Source of the DNA: Daphnia carinata
Taxonomy: Eukaryota
Direction: 5' to 3'
DNA: 64,000 bases
Assembly (NCBI RefSeq): GCF_022539665.2
Contig: NC_081333.1
Location: 3,658,001-3,722,000 of the forward strand
A program made the translations under genes and the position numbers. This document shows, in pieces, positions 13,101-29,228 of the stretch. Under the pieces are notes generated by a model. The model made no database searches. It saw only the letters and a list, made by a program, of their open reading frames with translations, and was not told the DNA's origin. The stretch's first letter is position 1. Every line of letters begins with the position of its first letter.

Positions 13101-14728
13101 CAGCTCCGCAAGCGCCCAGGATGAGCGAAATGCCGTACCAGAAGGCCAGGGCATAGCTGGCGTAAATGATGCCCCATACCAGGCCAGCACCAATGCCCGT
13201 CGCCATACCACGTTTGATGCCGGCCTTTCTCGCGAATGTTAAATTCTTTTGAAAACGATCAATTTCTTTGCTTTGTCCGCCAAAAGCCATTACTGTCCGG
13301 ATGGAACTGAAAACCTCTTCTGCCACACCACCAGCTTCGGCATAGGCTTTTAGCTCATTCTCTGTCAAAGATGCTTGGACTTTGGCTAAAATACCCATAG
13401 AAATAGCCAGGACAGGTGTGGAAACTAACATGACTAAAGTCAATTCCCTAAGACATTTACGATTCCATTAGTTTTACGGTTATTGGTTGATTTTTTAAGT
13501 GATTACCATCCGTGGATAAACGCATTAATAATTGATGCGATGAAACTCGTCATGGAAAATGTGAACATGCCAATTTTCTCTCCTATTCCATCTTGGATCT
13601 TGTTTAAATCTCTACAAAGTATGAAATGAGGTTAATAGGTTGGTACATATAAAAAAAACAGCTGTCATACTCTGTTATGCGACTGGCGAAATCATTGGAA
13701 GATTTGGTGTCGTACCAGCCAACATCCTGGCGAAGGACGGCTTGAAGGAATCTACTCCTGATCCGGTAGACCTTGGTATGATAATAAAATAATAAAATTA
13801 AAATTAATCATAAAGCAGCTTATGACTTTGCATTTTTTAACTAACAAGGTTATACACTTATTTATAGATTATTAGATTATATTATCAATTGACGGACTGG
13901 GTGGGTTCACATGGTGAAATATTAGATAAATGCAAGGCTATGAAAAAGGTCTATATAGATAGCGTTCTCTTACATAACCAGCAGTTAAGCAAGTCATCCC
14001 TTATGTTTGTTTACCTGATTTTCGGCCGTAAAATTAAGCGCTGTAACAAATATGAAACCTAGCCCAAAAAGTGCGGCGCCAATGACAGCGACGTAGATAC
14101 CGAACTTGGTAAATTCGTCCTGAATCGCTTGTCCCTCTGGCCTGTCGTAAATGTTTAAAACATTATGTAAAACCTTGTTTAGCATATCATTAATTTTAGC
14201 TTACGAATTTGCGTATGAATTGTCCGGATCAGAAAGATTGCACGTTGGACCTCTATAGAAAAAAACAAAACAAAGACGAATTAATAAATCATTAAGTTTA
14301 AATTTAAATATAGATTTGTCTTACAGAGGGTACGGATAAGTGTAGTTGGGATCATTGGAAATATTGCAGTTGATTTCATTAATTGTTTCCTGGTCTAGTC
14401 CTCCGCCGACGAATGCATTTGTGATATCGCCAAAGAGAATCAACATAATTGGGAAACAAATACCCGTACCGATAGCCCCTAAAGTGCCAAGAACTAACAG
14501 CACAAAATCGGTAGGGGAAGCGTAACGGAACAGGTCGATAAAAGGGACAGGTGGAGTTTCGGGAGGTGGTGGTTTTTCTTTCTTTTTCTTTTTCTTGCCA
14601 TCTTCCTTATTGTCAGGGATGCTGGAAATCGAGCTGCTAGATGTGTCTTCTTTCCTTTTTTCGTCGTCGGCGATGTAAGCCTCATTAAGTTGGCCTTTTA
14701 GGTTATCGAGATCCAAGTTTGGCGCCAT
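10144..14728 (-). CDS. ABCB1: ABCB1/MDR P-glycoprotein full transporter; five short 5' coding exons plus one 3304-bp terminal coding exon (10144-13447)
   Basis: Two TMD-NBD halves, Walker A motifs GTSGCGKST and [17 protein letters not shown] signatures, [14 protein letters not shown] at 14728 ([11 protein letters not shown]). A probable non-coding exon lies upstream (donor ~14919). Confidence 0.95.
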
Positions 14729-16663
14729 TTTCAAATTCGGGTCACCTGTCACGAAAGGAGTTGTTCTATAAATGGTTGCCTGACGTAAGCAATGTTACCA
14801 ATGGCAACGTAACCACACATACAAATATATTAAGCTATTTGAATGTCAGTGGTTACTAAAATTTGTGTCACGCTATAGAAGTAAAATGATGTACGTTAAG
14901 TGTTTGTAAATAAAATTACCTGTCGTTTGACGCTTGCCCACCTCTTTACAGACTGGTCGAAGTTGATCGCTCGGGACCACTTTTGTCCTAGAATAATTTT
15001 TTTCTGTTGCCATCCCGCCGTTTTTATAGGACACGCGTGAAAAGATAAGTCACAAACCATAGTGCACAAAAGAACTCTGCCGTGTTCCCTGACGAAATCA
15101 AGTTATGCGATGAGGTGGAGATTAAAAAGTGCGCTGGCGCAATAGCCAGACGATCAATCTCCATAACTTATTCAGAAACATTTTATGCATTTTCATTATT
15201 GATGTCTCGAACAGGTTGGAAATTCCCAGTTTAATTGATTGTGATGCAATCAGAGCAAAACTTAAATTGTGACTTGGCTAGCAGGAAACCCAGTTATTTC
15301 ACGACGCACAGATTTTGTTTTCCTTTTCTGAACTCATGTTGATAAGTTACAGGCTAATCTAGGTGAAAGATGCAATAGATCGTTATCGAGTAGTCTATGA
15401 ACACATGTAACCGAGCTGAATTCTGCCGACCTTCGACTCTACTAACCACCCTTGCAGAAGTGCCTATTTTGATATTCCTGGAGAAAGTACTCGATTGCGA
15501 AATCTCTAAAACCAAAGCAAAGCAATAATTTGTTTTGTTTTGGCGCAGAATATTTCAAATCGTTACATTACAGCCTCCATTACATCAGCAACATTTAGTT
15601 GCTTTGCATCAGGGTGTTCATGACCGTGATAACAGTTCATGTCTGGGCAAGTCAAAACATATTTTCGGTATATGAGCAGCAACGAGTTCAATGATCACAA
15701 GGTTCGTGACAGTTTTTTAAGCAACATTCCAAATGATGGACATTGTTGAACCTTGAACACATCTGAATTCCACCAGTTGGCCTTAGAATTGATTTGTTAC
15801 GCCATTGCATAAATTTAAAGCTGACTGCTAATTACCTTTCTTGCTAGCTACTGATGAATTGGATCTATTTGCTCTCAATTTTGAATCAAACTAGACTTTC
15901 CTACGTTGGCGTCTCAGGTCCATCCCCAACGCGACTCCACATCACGAAAATTCATTGACGTCAATTACCTAAAATGTAGAATAGGAGTCAACAAACCGAT
16001 CACGAAAAAAAAACATCCCTTCTTAATTTATTTTTTAAAAATAAAAAAAGAAGATGATACGATAATAAACATGGTTAATAATCCAGTCTCTTTGAAACCG
16101 ATAGGGATGGTATGGGAGATTTAAAAGGGACTGGAATATTGCTATCACGACATCCTATAGAGGATCTACAGAAAAATTGGTGATACAATGAGGAACGGAA
16201 CAAAAAAAAAACATTTTTTTGCAACAAAAAAACAGAAAAATAAATGAAAAAGTGCAAATTTTGCTTAGAATGCCAATAATAATAACAGGAGTAAAGCAAT
16301 AAAGGCCAAAAATTCACTACCCACATCTTACGGGTGAGTGCCGCCTTTGTTGCTCCACTCGGTTATTATTGTTATCATAATTTTTCGTTTTCATTTCTTA
16401 GTATTATTGCACTGTTTTTACTTGAGTTTGAAACACCTAGAGGAGTGCCGAGTTTGATACGTAACTTGACTGGATGAAGTTGCTTGATTTGACGAGTGGT
16501 ATGGTGGCAGTGTGCGCACAAATTGAGAGGAGGGGGGAGTCTCCTGCAACTAAGTCTTCGTCTTGAATAATAAAATAAAAAAAAATTTAATAATAAAATA
16601 AATAAAGGCATTCAAAGGGATCACGAGTGGCAGGAAAGTCGGCTACACAGACACCTTAAGGCG

Positions 16664-16749
16664 AAGTGGAACCATGAGAAACAATGTTTTAAAAAATAGA
16701 GAAAAATTAATGAAATTACGGAACTTTTACCGATCTCATGGTTCCACTT
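16664..16749. repeat. Perfect 16-bp inverted repeat with 54-bp spacer (possible MITE remnant)
   Basis: AAGTGGAACCATGAGA (16664-16679) and TCTCATGGTTCCACTT (16734-16749). Confidence 0.7.
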
Positions 16750-16912
16750 GTTAGAGATACTAGGTAGATGAGATGGTCGAAATTAAGTTGATTCATCCCT
16801 GAATTCCACTATGAACCTACTCTACAACTCTGATTTCATCACATGGGAACAAAAATGATGCTGCAAAGGCATTAACTTCAAGGGGAAGGGTATACAGTGT
16901 TCGAATCCCATC

Positions 16913-19576
16913 TTAAAATTGGCAATTAAGTAAATTGACTTTGTCGCTCCACTGCCCAGGAAAAGTCGCACCTGATGGCGGCTCAGTGCATGGCTAACAA
17001 AGAAGAGGAAGATATTCAGAAGAGGTTCAGAGAAAAAGAGAAAAAAAAGCAACTTGAATAATCAAGTCAATCAATACCGTACCGTTTCGCAGATATTCAT
17101 ATTACAGCAATCTTCAATGTTGATGACACGTTCGGCAGGTTGGCGATGTTTAGCTTGTCGGATTATTCTTCTCTTGAAGCGGGAACGGGACGAACTCAAT
17201 CGCCACACACGTAAACTCAGGATTATGACCGTGATAATCAACACGACGCACATAATTGACGTGCTGATCAGCGCAATGAAAACTTCGCTGTACTCGCCAG
17301 CGAAAGATAGCCCATCACAGGTCTTGTGCGATGGGCTTTCAACAGCGTCTACTATTTCGCAACGATCACCGATAAAGTTCTCCGGGCAACTGCATTTAAA
17401 AAAAAACGTTAAATATGATTACAAGTACTTCAATATTATCTTATGACATCCAAATCACCTGCAGGTGATTTCATCGTTGACGTAAAAGCAATGGCCTTCA
17501 TTCAAACAGTAACCATTACATAATGCAGCGTCACTTCCATCGGGACCGGTGTTAACCTGTATTGCTTGAAGTGTACTAGTTAACACTACAGACGAATTGA
17601 TTCCTGTAGCTTGGGTGTCATGGATTTCAATTACATGATCTGTGGGCGAATCAGTTGTTATTTTGGCAGCTGAATTGTGGATATCCATTGACGGAATAAT
17701 CGGGCAGACAACAGCATTCCGCTGGAGGACAATCACAGCCATAGGTTTATGCCGATAACGGCGTAGCGGTACAGGTCCATCGATAGATCCTTCTTTAGGT
17801 AGAGACCAAAGTACCTTTTGATCCCAATCGGTCCAGTATATGTGACGTTCGCCCACCTTAAAGAGAACGAAAAGAAGTCAGCATGAAAACCTTTAATATT
17901 TATCAGAGACAACAAAGTTTCATACTGTTAGACCAAAGATAAATTGTCCTCTCATTTCGTGCCCTTTTCCTTCGTAAATGAGTTGCCTTCGCGATCCGTC
18001 AACATGACTTCTTTCGATTTGAAAAGTTCCATGTCGAAGGTTATTGGCCCAATAAATCATTTGCTGGTTGATATCCAAGCCTAAACCGTGAGGCATAAAC
18101 AGTCCTTTCTGTACAATAATCTCTCGATGGCTTCCATTCATATGTGAACGTTCGATAGTAGGGCGGTCGATGTTCCAATTGGTCCAAAACAACATTCTGA
18201 AAGTAGAGGAAAACGTTAGAAAAAATAATTAAATACACACATATCAAGTTATAGATACCGAGTACAAGGATCTGATACAAGTCCTCTGGGTTTATCCCCT
18301 TCAAGCAGATGTACCAGCTCAATCGTGTTATTTTCGTATACGTGAAGGTCTGCACGACCAACCACTAAGCGGCGAATGGACTGTTTTGAACCGTCAGTCC
18401 ATAACAGCGCTTTCTCCAGATTATCGTAGGTCAAAGCTTCAACAGATTCATTGCTACTTCCTACGCATCACGTCCACAAAAATTAGCACATGTAAGGGAA
18501 TAAAAACAAACAACAAACCATTACTTTCTATGACGTCACGAACCGATCCTTCAGCCCTGATCCCATCGAAACTAATGCTAAACACGTGCCCACGGCGATT
18601 GCGCTTATCAGAAAAGTATAGCCTTTGTGAAGATGGATCGTACGCCAGAGCAACTAGCATGGATGCATTGTAGGATTTGAGCGTGAGTGGATTGCTGTGA
18701 GATCCATTGGTGAGAATTTCGATCTGATCGCCCACAGCTACAATCAAATCTGTAATTGAAAAAAAGGAAAGAACATGAGACGAGGTGCCATTCCAACCGA
18801 CTGAAATTCGATCACTGAAGAGGTCGAGATTCGGCATTTGATACCCTTCAGTCTACTTGTTAAACTGGCGTAAAAGACAGTTGTAGACTTGTGTACGTGA
18901 CCGAATCTATTAGATGATAACGGATGTTTCAGGTTTCGTGTAGGCAGTTGTCGACAGAACATGTCCAGTTTGGTAGACGTTATCAATGTAACAACAAACG
19001 GCCAAACTGTTAGCCTACTTGATTTTCATAGTGGTTCCAGAATTTGGAAAACCAGGAAATGCAGAAACATTTTTTTTCGCGTTTTTTGGTCATTATTCTT
19101 AGTGTTGTGCTATTTCTACATTTTTACCCCAAAAAATCTTTAGTTTTGGAGTCTGACTTCCTACAAATAATTATAACTGTTGGGGGATACTGTTCAAGGT
19201 TAAAATATTAAACATGATTACCTAGGCAAAAATATCGACTAAGCAAATTTCAAGGCCTCTGTCTGTTGGTTGACTGTTTTTCGTCAATCCCAGATAGACA
19301 TGAACTAGATCAAAACAATACGAGTACAACCCACTTCTGAAATTTAACGTGAGAGTTTGCAAAATTGCTTTCAACGAATTATTTCTTTGTTATCTCATTC
19401 AAGAACTGTAGGCGGGCAAAATTCCGGTAATTTTGATCCACGTATCGTCTGCTACGGACTACGTGACTTGGCTGGGATTACCTTCAGTACTTTGTTCGTA
19501 AAATATATTTACCGTCGTAATTGTTGGCGGCTGCAAACGCGAAGAAAATCCACACTAATAAGGATCTTGAAATCAT
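16913..19576 (-). CDS. cue: Cueball-like type I membrane protein (signal peptide, YWTD propeller, EGF repeats, TM)
   Basis: Signal exon 19513-19576 MISRSLLVWIFFAFAAANNY; LYFSD, LWTD, FWTNW and YWTDW repeats; EGF CNGYCLNEGHC; TM segment; cytoplasmic IEDCCNMNICETPC motif typical of cueball; stop after VNLLNCQF. Confidence 0.85.
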
Positions 19577-19979
19577 ATCTCGATCCGCAGGCAGAAGAGA
19601 AGCAGGTAAGTTTATGGAATACTCATTGATAAAATAAAAAACCGAATTGAACAGTATTCCTTGTCTCCACCGGCCACCGAGACACCATGAACCGGGAAAC
19701 GTGCCAACCCTACTAAATCTAGTTCGGTCGAAATTCTTGGGATCATGCGCGAAGCAACCTTAATTTCCCGTTCCACTTCTCAAAACTACCGAGTCTCGTG
19801 GTGCAGCAACACTAGCACACTCTGGCGGAAAAAATACCTTGCTGATTGAACGCCATCTTTTAGCTATTTTATCGAACTAAACTTCGATTTGCTTCTGCGG
19901 CATTTTCAGTGTTTACAGTTTTAGAGGGAAAAGGAACAACTAATATATTTTGTCCGTTTTCGAATATTTCCTTTAAAAA

Positions 19980-21779
19980 ATGAAGGACTCTGAAATTTTA
20001 GAAGCGATGGAATCTAAAAACGCCATAAAATTTAAAGAACAACTTTATCGACTCATTATCAGGTAGCAAGTCGAACCATACACTAAAATGTAAATCTAAG
20101 CATGGCTACATGATGATTGACTCTTCCCCATCCACAGCCAATTATTCTATGATGGCTTTCAATCCATGGCTGTGAGCTTGTCGTCAGCTGTTCAGGCACA
20201 TCCGGCATGTCCCCCATCAGATCGCCTAAACCATATTGTCTCACTTGGTCTTCAGCACGAACACAGTAAAATGAAACTTGTTTCAGTTTTACGCACATTG
20301 CAATACAATTTTGTAAACTTTTTAGCCTTGAAGAAACCATTAAACAAAGTGGAGATGCTGTTGGGCCCAGGGCTTGATTTGGAATACGAAACAGATGTTC
20401 AAACCTCTGCCCCAGAACCTGCTCTATATGAAACTGCATATGTAACATCCCACAAAGCCCAGTGCAGATCTGGTGCTTTCAGTCCTGATGGTCAGTTGGT
20501 TGCCACAGGTAGTGTCGATGCATCCATCAAGGTGATTAACTTCAATATTTGATTCATCTAGGCAAATGTATTTATTCACTCACCACTAGATCTTAGATGT
20601 GGATCGTATGCTGGCCAAATCTTCCCCTGATGGAGAAATGGCCACTGATCAGCAAGGCCATCCAGTTATCAGAACTTTGTATGACCATGTGGAGGAAGTT
20701 ACCTGCCTAGAATTTCATCCTCGCGATGCTATTCTTGCATCGGGGTCACGTGATTGCACTGTCAAACTTTTTGATTTTAGCAAAGCAGCGGCCAAAAAAG
20801 CTTTCAAAACGCTCTCGGTAGTATGATCAAGAAATTTTAGTGAATGATAAGAGTATTAATTTTAGGAGTAAACTAGGATTCAGATCAAATTCGCTGCATG
20901 GCATTCCATCCAACCGGGGATTATTTAGTAGTCGGTACCAATCAGCCTGTGGTACGTCTTTATGACACGAATACTGCCCAATGCTACGTGTGTTCATTCC
21001 CGTCTCAATATCACACCAACGCGATAACTTCTCTCAAGTATTAGAAGAACTGACTGCAAAGTATCTTTGGTCGGTTAAAAACTGCGTCTATTTTCCTACC
21101 TTTTCTACTAGGTATTCTTTTGATGGAAAGCTCTACGTATCCGGATCTCGAGACGGCTCCATAAAACTTTGGGACGGCATTTCTAGCAAGTGCGTTGGCA
21201 CCATCAGTCAGGCTCACGAAGGTGCTGAAGTAGGATCCGTCACCTTCTCTCGCAGTGGAAAAGTACTTAGATTGCTATATGCTTAAAAATCGTGGATTTT
21301 ATATTATTTCTCTTTGGCCAAACAGTATGTGCTATCATCCGGAACAGATTCATCCGTTAAACTTTGGGAACTGTCCTCATTGCGCTGCATTATAGCCTAC
21401 ACCGGGGCAGGCACTATGGGTAATTGACATATAAATTTAGCACTAAAACCGTTTCGATAATTGGAGGCATTTTCAGGCAAACAAGAACACCGTGCTCAGG
21501 CGCTATTTAATCATTCAGAAGACTTTGTTATGTTTCCAGATGAGGCAACGACCTCCTTGTGTTGTTGGGATGCCCGCACTGCCCAGCGCAAACAGTTGTT
21601 GTCGCTTGGTAATGCAGATAGTACTTTATTTACGTGAAGTTTTAGTAAAATTTACACTGTGAATTTCAGGTCACAACGGCGCAGTCCGTTACATCGTCCA
21701 TGCCCCCAGCACAGCGGCTTTTCTCACCTGTTCAGACGATTATCGCGCCAGGTTTTGGTATCGTCGTAACCCACACTAA
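19980..21779 (+). CDS. CSTF1: Cleavage stimulation factor 50 kDa subunit (WD40)
   Basis: LYRLIISQLFYDG dimerisation domain, [22 protein letters not shown] repeats, C-terminal [16 protein letters not shown]. Confidence 0.95.
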
Positions 21780-21905
21780 AAGTCTCAGACTGTACATCAT
21801 TAAAGGAGAAATAAAAATGTCCGTTATGTTTCATAAATATGCTCTATATCATTCTTTTCTTTTGAAGACGTATGGTTGCTACGAATAATATCTACACCAA
21901 TGCAT

Positions 21906-22749
21906 TTACAAGCGATGTATAACAGGATCATATTCGATTCTTTCAAGATTATCTATATGTTTCCACCACCCTTTAAGATGGCTGTTGAGTATTAGTCTAA
22001 ACCAAGGCGTAAATGGGATGTTATTCTTTTCGAGGTAGCCTTGAAACTCTCGAAAACCCGGAAGAGACACGTATGCCACACGGCTGACTTCGTTGGGGTT
22101 GGGCTTCATAGCAACATCCTTCCTTAGAAATAGGATGTAATCCACTTCATGTTCCCCCCATTTTCCATCAGAGGGAGCACCATAGATAATTCTGGTGAGA
22201 ATCTTAAAATCTGATAACTCGATACTGTCTGGATCAATGCCCAGCTCAATTTGAAGCCTTCTTCTGGCAGCTCGTCTGATTCCAACATGGCATGCTTCAT
22301 CAGTTTCATCAGGAGAGCAGTTGTGTAAAGGGTGACTGCAGCAGGAGTTGGTGTAATAGCCTGGAAATTACAGATTATACATGAGCTGTGAAAATGCATC
22401 AATTTTCAAGCTAAATAATACCAGGGAAAGTAATTTTGTGTTCAGATCTTTGCTGCATGAGTAACTCGTTCTTTGTATTGAAGACAAAGACACTGAATGC
22501 CCGATGAAGAGGTGGTAACTGGCCATTTGGACCAAGCAGATGAGCTTCTTCTTTTGACATTTCACCAATGGCCTTGTCGTTGGTGTCAACAGCAATGCAT
22601 TTTTCTTTAAGCAGGAATGCTTGTGTAGGATCCATGGCTAACTGTTGATTTTTTCTGACACTGAAGAACAATAACGGTTCACTGGGCGGATACCAGGGTG
22701 AAGTACGACTGTATGCAGTACAGATTCTCGTAAAAATTTTACCGGCCAT
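21906..22749 (-). CDS. IDI1: Isopentenyl-diphosphate delta-isomerase (type I), two exons
   Basis: LHRAFSVFVFN...QQRSEHKITFPG, TNSCCSHP, WGEHEVDYILF, PNPNEV, TPWF; ends VIHRL*. Confidence 0.95.
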
Positions 22750-23970
22750 TATTAATCAAAGCTTTTATGTACACGAAAAAATATCACAGATACTATATGG
22801 AATTTGAAGCTAGGTCAGGAAAGTGGTTAATCCACGTGAGCAAGAGGGAGACTGCCGATAGACGTCTGCTTCTGTAGTCTTATTATGATATAGTTACGGC
22901 ACTTTCTCTTTCCATTTTGATCTCATTCCCCTTTTCTTTTACCACGGTTTTGAACAACTCTCCTGCACGTTATAACATGTGTGTATGCCATGGGTTTTGT
23001 GTAGACTGGCAGTTTTTTTTAATACAAAACCAGAAAATCACGCATTCATAGAAATAACCCGTCTTGTAAACCACAAACTGAAAACTCCGCCTTCTATTGG
23101 TCTTACAAAAAGGTTATGTTTAAATACGTAGGGTTCACTTTTATACAACAATTTAATAATCTACATAAATTACTTACCGACAACGATGGAGTCTTGCAGT
23201 GCGACCAGGTAAGTGTTTTCTGCCCGTGGGGACTGAGCTCCGCCTTATATATTTACGGATTCCGGTCTATGAGATAGGTTACACAGAATGATCTTTCTAG
23301 AAGTGTTTTCCAAAAACCCTTGCAGGTCATACAGGTGAAATGAAAGTTTTTTGTTAAACAAGTAAGAATTTTAGAAAAGCTGGTAAAAAGTTTTCTTCGT
23401 ACGTCAGTAGTTTTATCTTGGCAAGTGTCATATTAGAAAATTCCCATAACCTGGGGGGTCCTGCGGGCTCGTTAAATCGTTACCTAAAATGTACAACACA
23501 AAAATTCTCAGGCTAACAGATAACAAACGGAGAAAGCTGTTTTCGAGTATTATCGTAGAAAGTCTAGAACCAAATAGAACAGTGTCTTACAAATAACCAT
23601 AAAATTAACCACAGTTCAGAAATATAATTAACATCACAAACACGCTGAATACCGTAATGGGACGGGATTGTTGTCAAATTTTGATATTTTCAGTATCTAC
23701 CTACAAATCGAAGTAACAGGATTTAAAAAAAAAAAAAAAAAAGATTTATTTGGGGTTTCGTATCAATTTCATAAGAACACGACCCAGTATCGCGATTGGA
23801 AAATGACAACGCCCGGTAGGAGCATACATAAAACTGCCACCGATACGAGCCCAATAAACTAAATTTCAGGATGACGGCCACGAAGGCCTATAAGTAAGCT
23901 GGATGATGGCAAACAATTAAGGATCCGATTTAATATGAAACAATGAATATGAAAACATGTTACTGCCATT

Positions 23971-25372
23971 TTATGAATTATCCTCTGAAGGAAGCCAAAA
24001 AGCCTACACAGAAGTAAATAAATAATAATAATGATACTGCTTTTGAATTTTCACAAATTTGATGTTACCATGTTATTGCATCCAGAGGCAAGCATCATAT
24101 ACTTCGGGTTGAATTGAATACACTGCACAGGGCCGTTATGGTCGGCGTTAAAGACGCATACCTAATATGCAAAAGAGGTTGTCATCATCTGACCTTTGAT
24201 ATGTTTCACGGAATCTACCTTATGACCCGATTCGGCGTGCCAAACATGCACTCGACCATCAGTAGAACCACTGAAGACGAACTGGGAGTCGGGGCTGAAG
24301 GACGCCTCGAGGGGTAATTTCTTATCGTTAAGATGACCCTAGTAAGATACGTATTGAGAATTCTGACGTATTTGTGCACGTTTGCAGAAACTTTTAAGAC
24401 AATACCGTTAATGTGTGAGTGGGGTTGCCATGGAAGGCATCTACTAGTCGGATTATGCTACTGTTAGTCGAAAGAAGGATTGTTTTCCCATCTGGACTGA
24501 ATTTCAGCCCTGTCCATTCACAAGTTTTCTCCGTGTTCAGCCGAAAGGAAGCAAATGGTCCCTACACAAATCAACCATCAGAATCACCAATCACATGTCA
24601 ACAGAAAGTTTAAAAATATGTACCTTGTCAAAAGACCTGAGGTCATAGAGTTTTACACTTTCTGAATTGACTCCAGCAGCGAAAATAAGTCCTTCTGGGT
24701 CAAATGCTGCCACAGGTCTACTTGTTAAATGCATTAAGCCCTGACAGTTTGGAGAACGAAGATCCCAGAGTCTCAGAGTTTTGTCCATTGAGCCAGACAA
24801 AAACATGTCATCAACAGGTGACATTGATAGTGCCACCACCCTTAATTTTAAAAGTATATTTTTTACATGGTCATTCAGTTTTAATGTATAGCAAAAAAAA
24901 AAAACTTACTTTTTTGTGTGTCCAGGAAAGTATCGAATATATTTATTGTCATGTAATGATAAATACCGGATGGTGTCTGTGGGATACATGATCAGTTTAA
25001 CAACAATTCAATTTTTTTTTATATTTTTGATATAAAGTATACAACTTACCATCAACTTTGGTAGATGCGTGGATTGCTGTATTTTTCGCATGCGTGAAAT
25101 GGACCAGATCAACTCCATACTTTTTACTATTTACTGTTCTTTTTTGTCTGCATAAGAAAGGGTAACATGAAATATTCTCATAATTTGAAAAAACGTAGTT
25201 GAGCCACTCACGTTCCCTTTTCGCAGTCGTAAATAACAATTTGGTCATCTTCACTACTTGATATGAGAGTGTCCCCGGTAGGCGAAAAGTCTATGTTATT
25301 GATCCGGTCTGTATTTTCTTTGAAAACCTTTGCTACTCGGAAACTTCTAACAACTGGCTCCGTCAACTTCAT
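23971..25372 (-). CDS. WDR82: WD repeat protein 82 (Set1/COMPASS Swd2 homolog)
   Basis: [75 protein letters not shown]. Confidence 0.95.
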
Positions 25373-25682
25373 TTCGCCTTTAATGTGCATTCAGTTCTAT
25401 TTAAACGGCGGGAAAATAACTAGCAAACAGAACATGAAAAATCGGAAAGAATCAATTATTTTGGCGGTGACTTCCAAGTTGTTTACAGTGGCGCCACGCT
25501 ATGCACATTTCGATAAAAAAAACCAACATAGAATTTGATTTTCTAATCAGTGGCGCAGCTGCAACAAGAGATTTAATACTGTCGTCTGTTTGGGGAAATA
25601 GACGCCGGCAACCTCGCGCTCTCCGCAGAAGAATTTCTTTTTTGTAGGCATTGCATATCCTTTACCTTTATTCAGTGTAACA

Positions 25683-28460
<2,778 letters not shown>

Positions 28461-29228
28461 AACATGAGAAGGAAAACGAGAACGTGACAACTCCGTTACC
28501 TGGGACAACTACGGCGTGTCCGCAAGTACTTATCATCGTCCTTTTTTTTTCCCGCATTCCGCGTTCATTTGAAAACATTTCACGCGACCTACAAACACAT
28601 TCGCATTATTACTTCAATTTTTTTTGTCTCTTTGGTTGGTAATTGTCGTCCCTCTTTTCATTCTTGTAGCCTTTTTTGTTGTTTCACTCTCCCTTTTTTG
28701 TCATCATCCTTCGGTCCTTTCACAGGGAGGGAGGGGCATTTTTCTTGGTTTTTATTTTATCTCGCCGACTCTGCGACTGTCTCCCCGATATTTTTTTTTA
28801 TTTTGCTTTCCCGTTCACTGTCCCATAATTTTCCTTCAGCCATTCACTTAAAGGCGTGTTCTTTCTTTTGATTAAATAAATCAAAGGGTCGTACAGCCTT
28901 TTGTCGAAAGCAATTTTATTTGTCTCTCTCAATAGAACGAAGCGGTATGTATGATACACTCTGCAGTAAAAAGAAGTTTGAGAAATTCATGTTTTCAATT
29001 GACACTGTGTAAAACAATTATCGAATGTTGCTTTTAAAGAGGGAGCCGACCACCTCTGCGATGTTATTCTTCGAAAGCATCTCTAGTTCCGTCTTTTTAA
29101 ACAAGTTAAGGGCATTTTGAAATTTTACCTTTGAAGGTGGGAAAAGACGAGCACAATCTTTTTAAATATCAAAACTTAATCATCTAATTAAAGAAATGAG
29201 TTTGAAAAAAAAAAAATTCAACAAGTTC

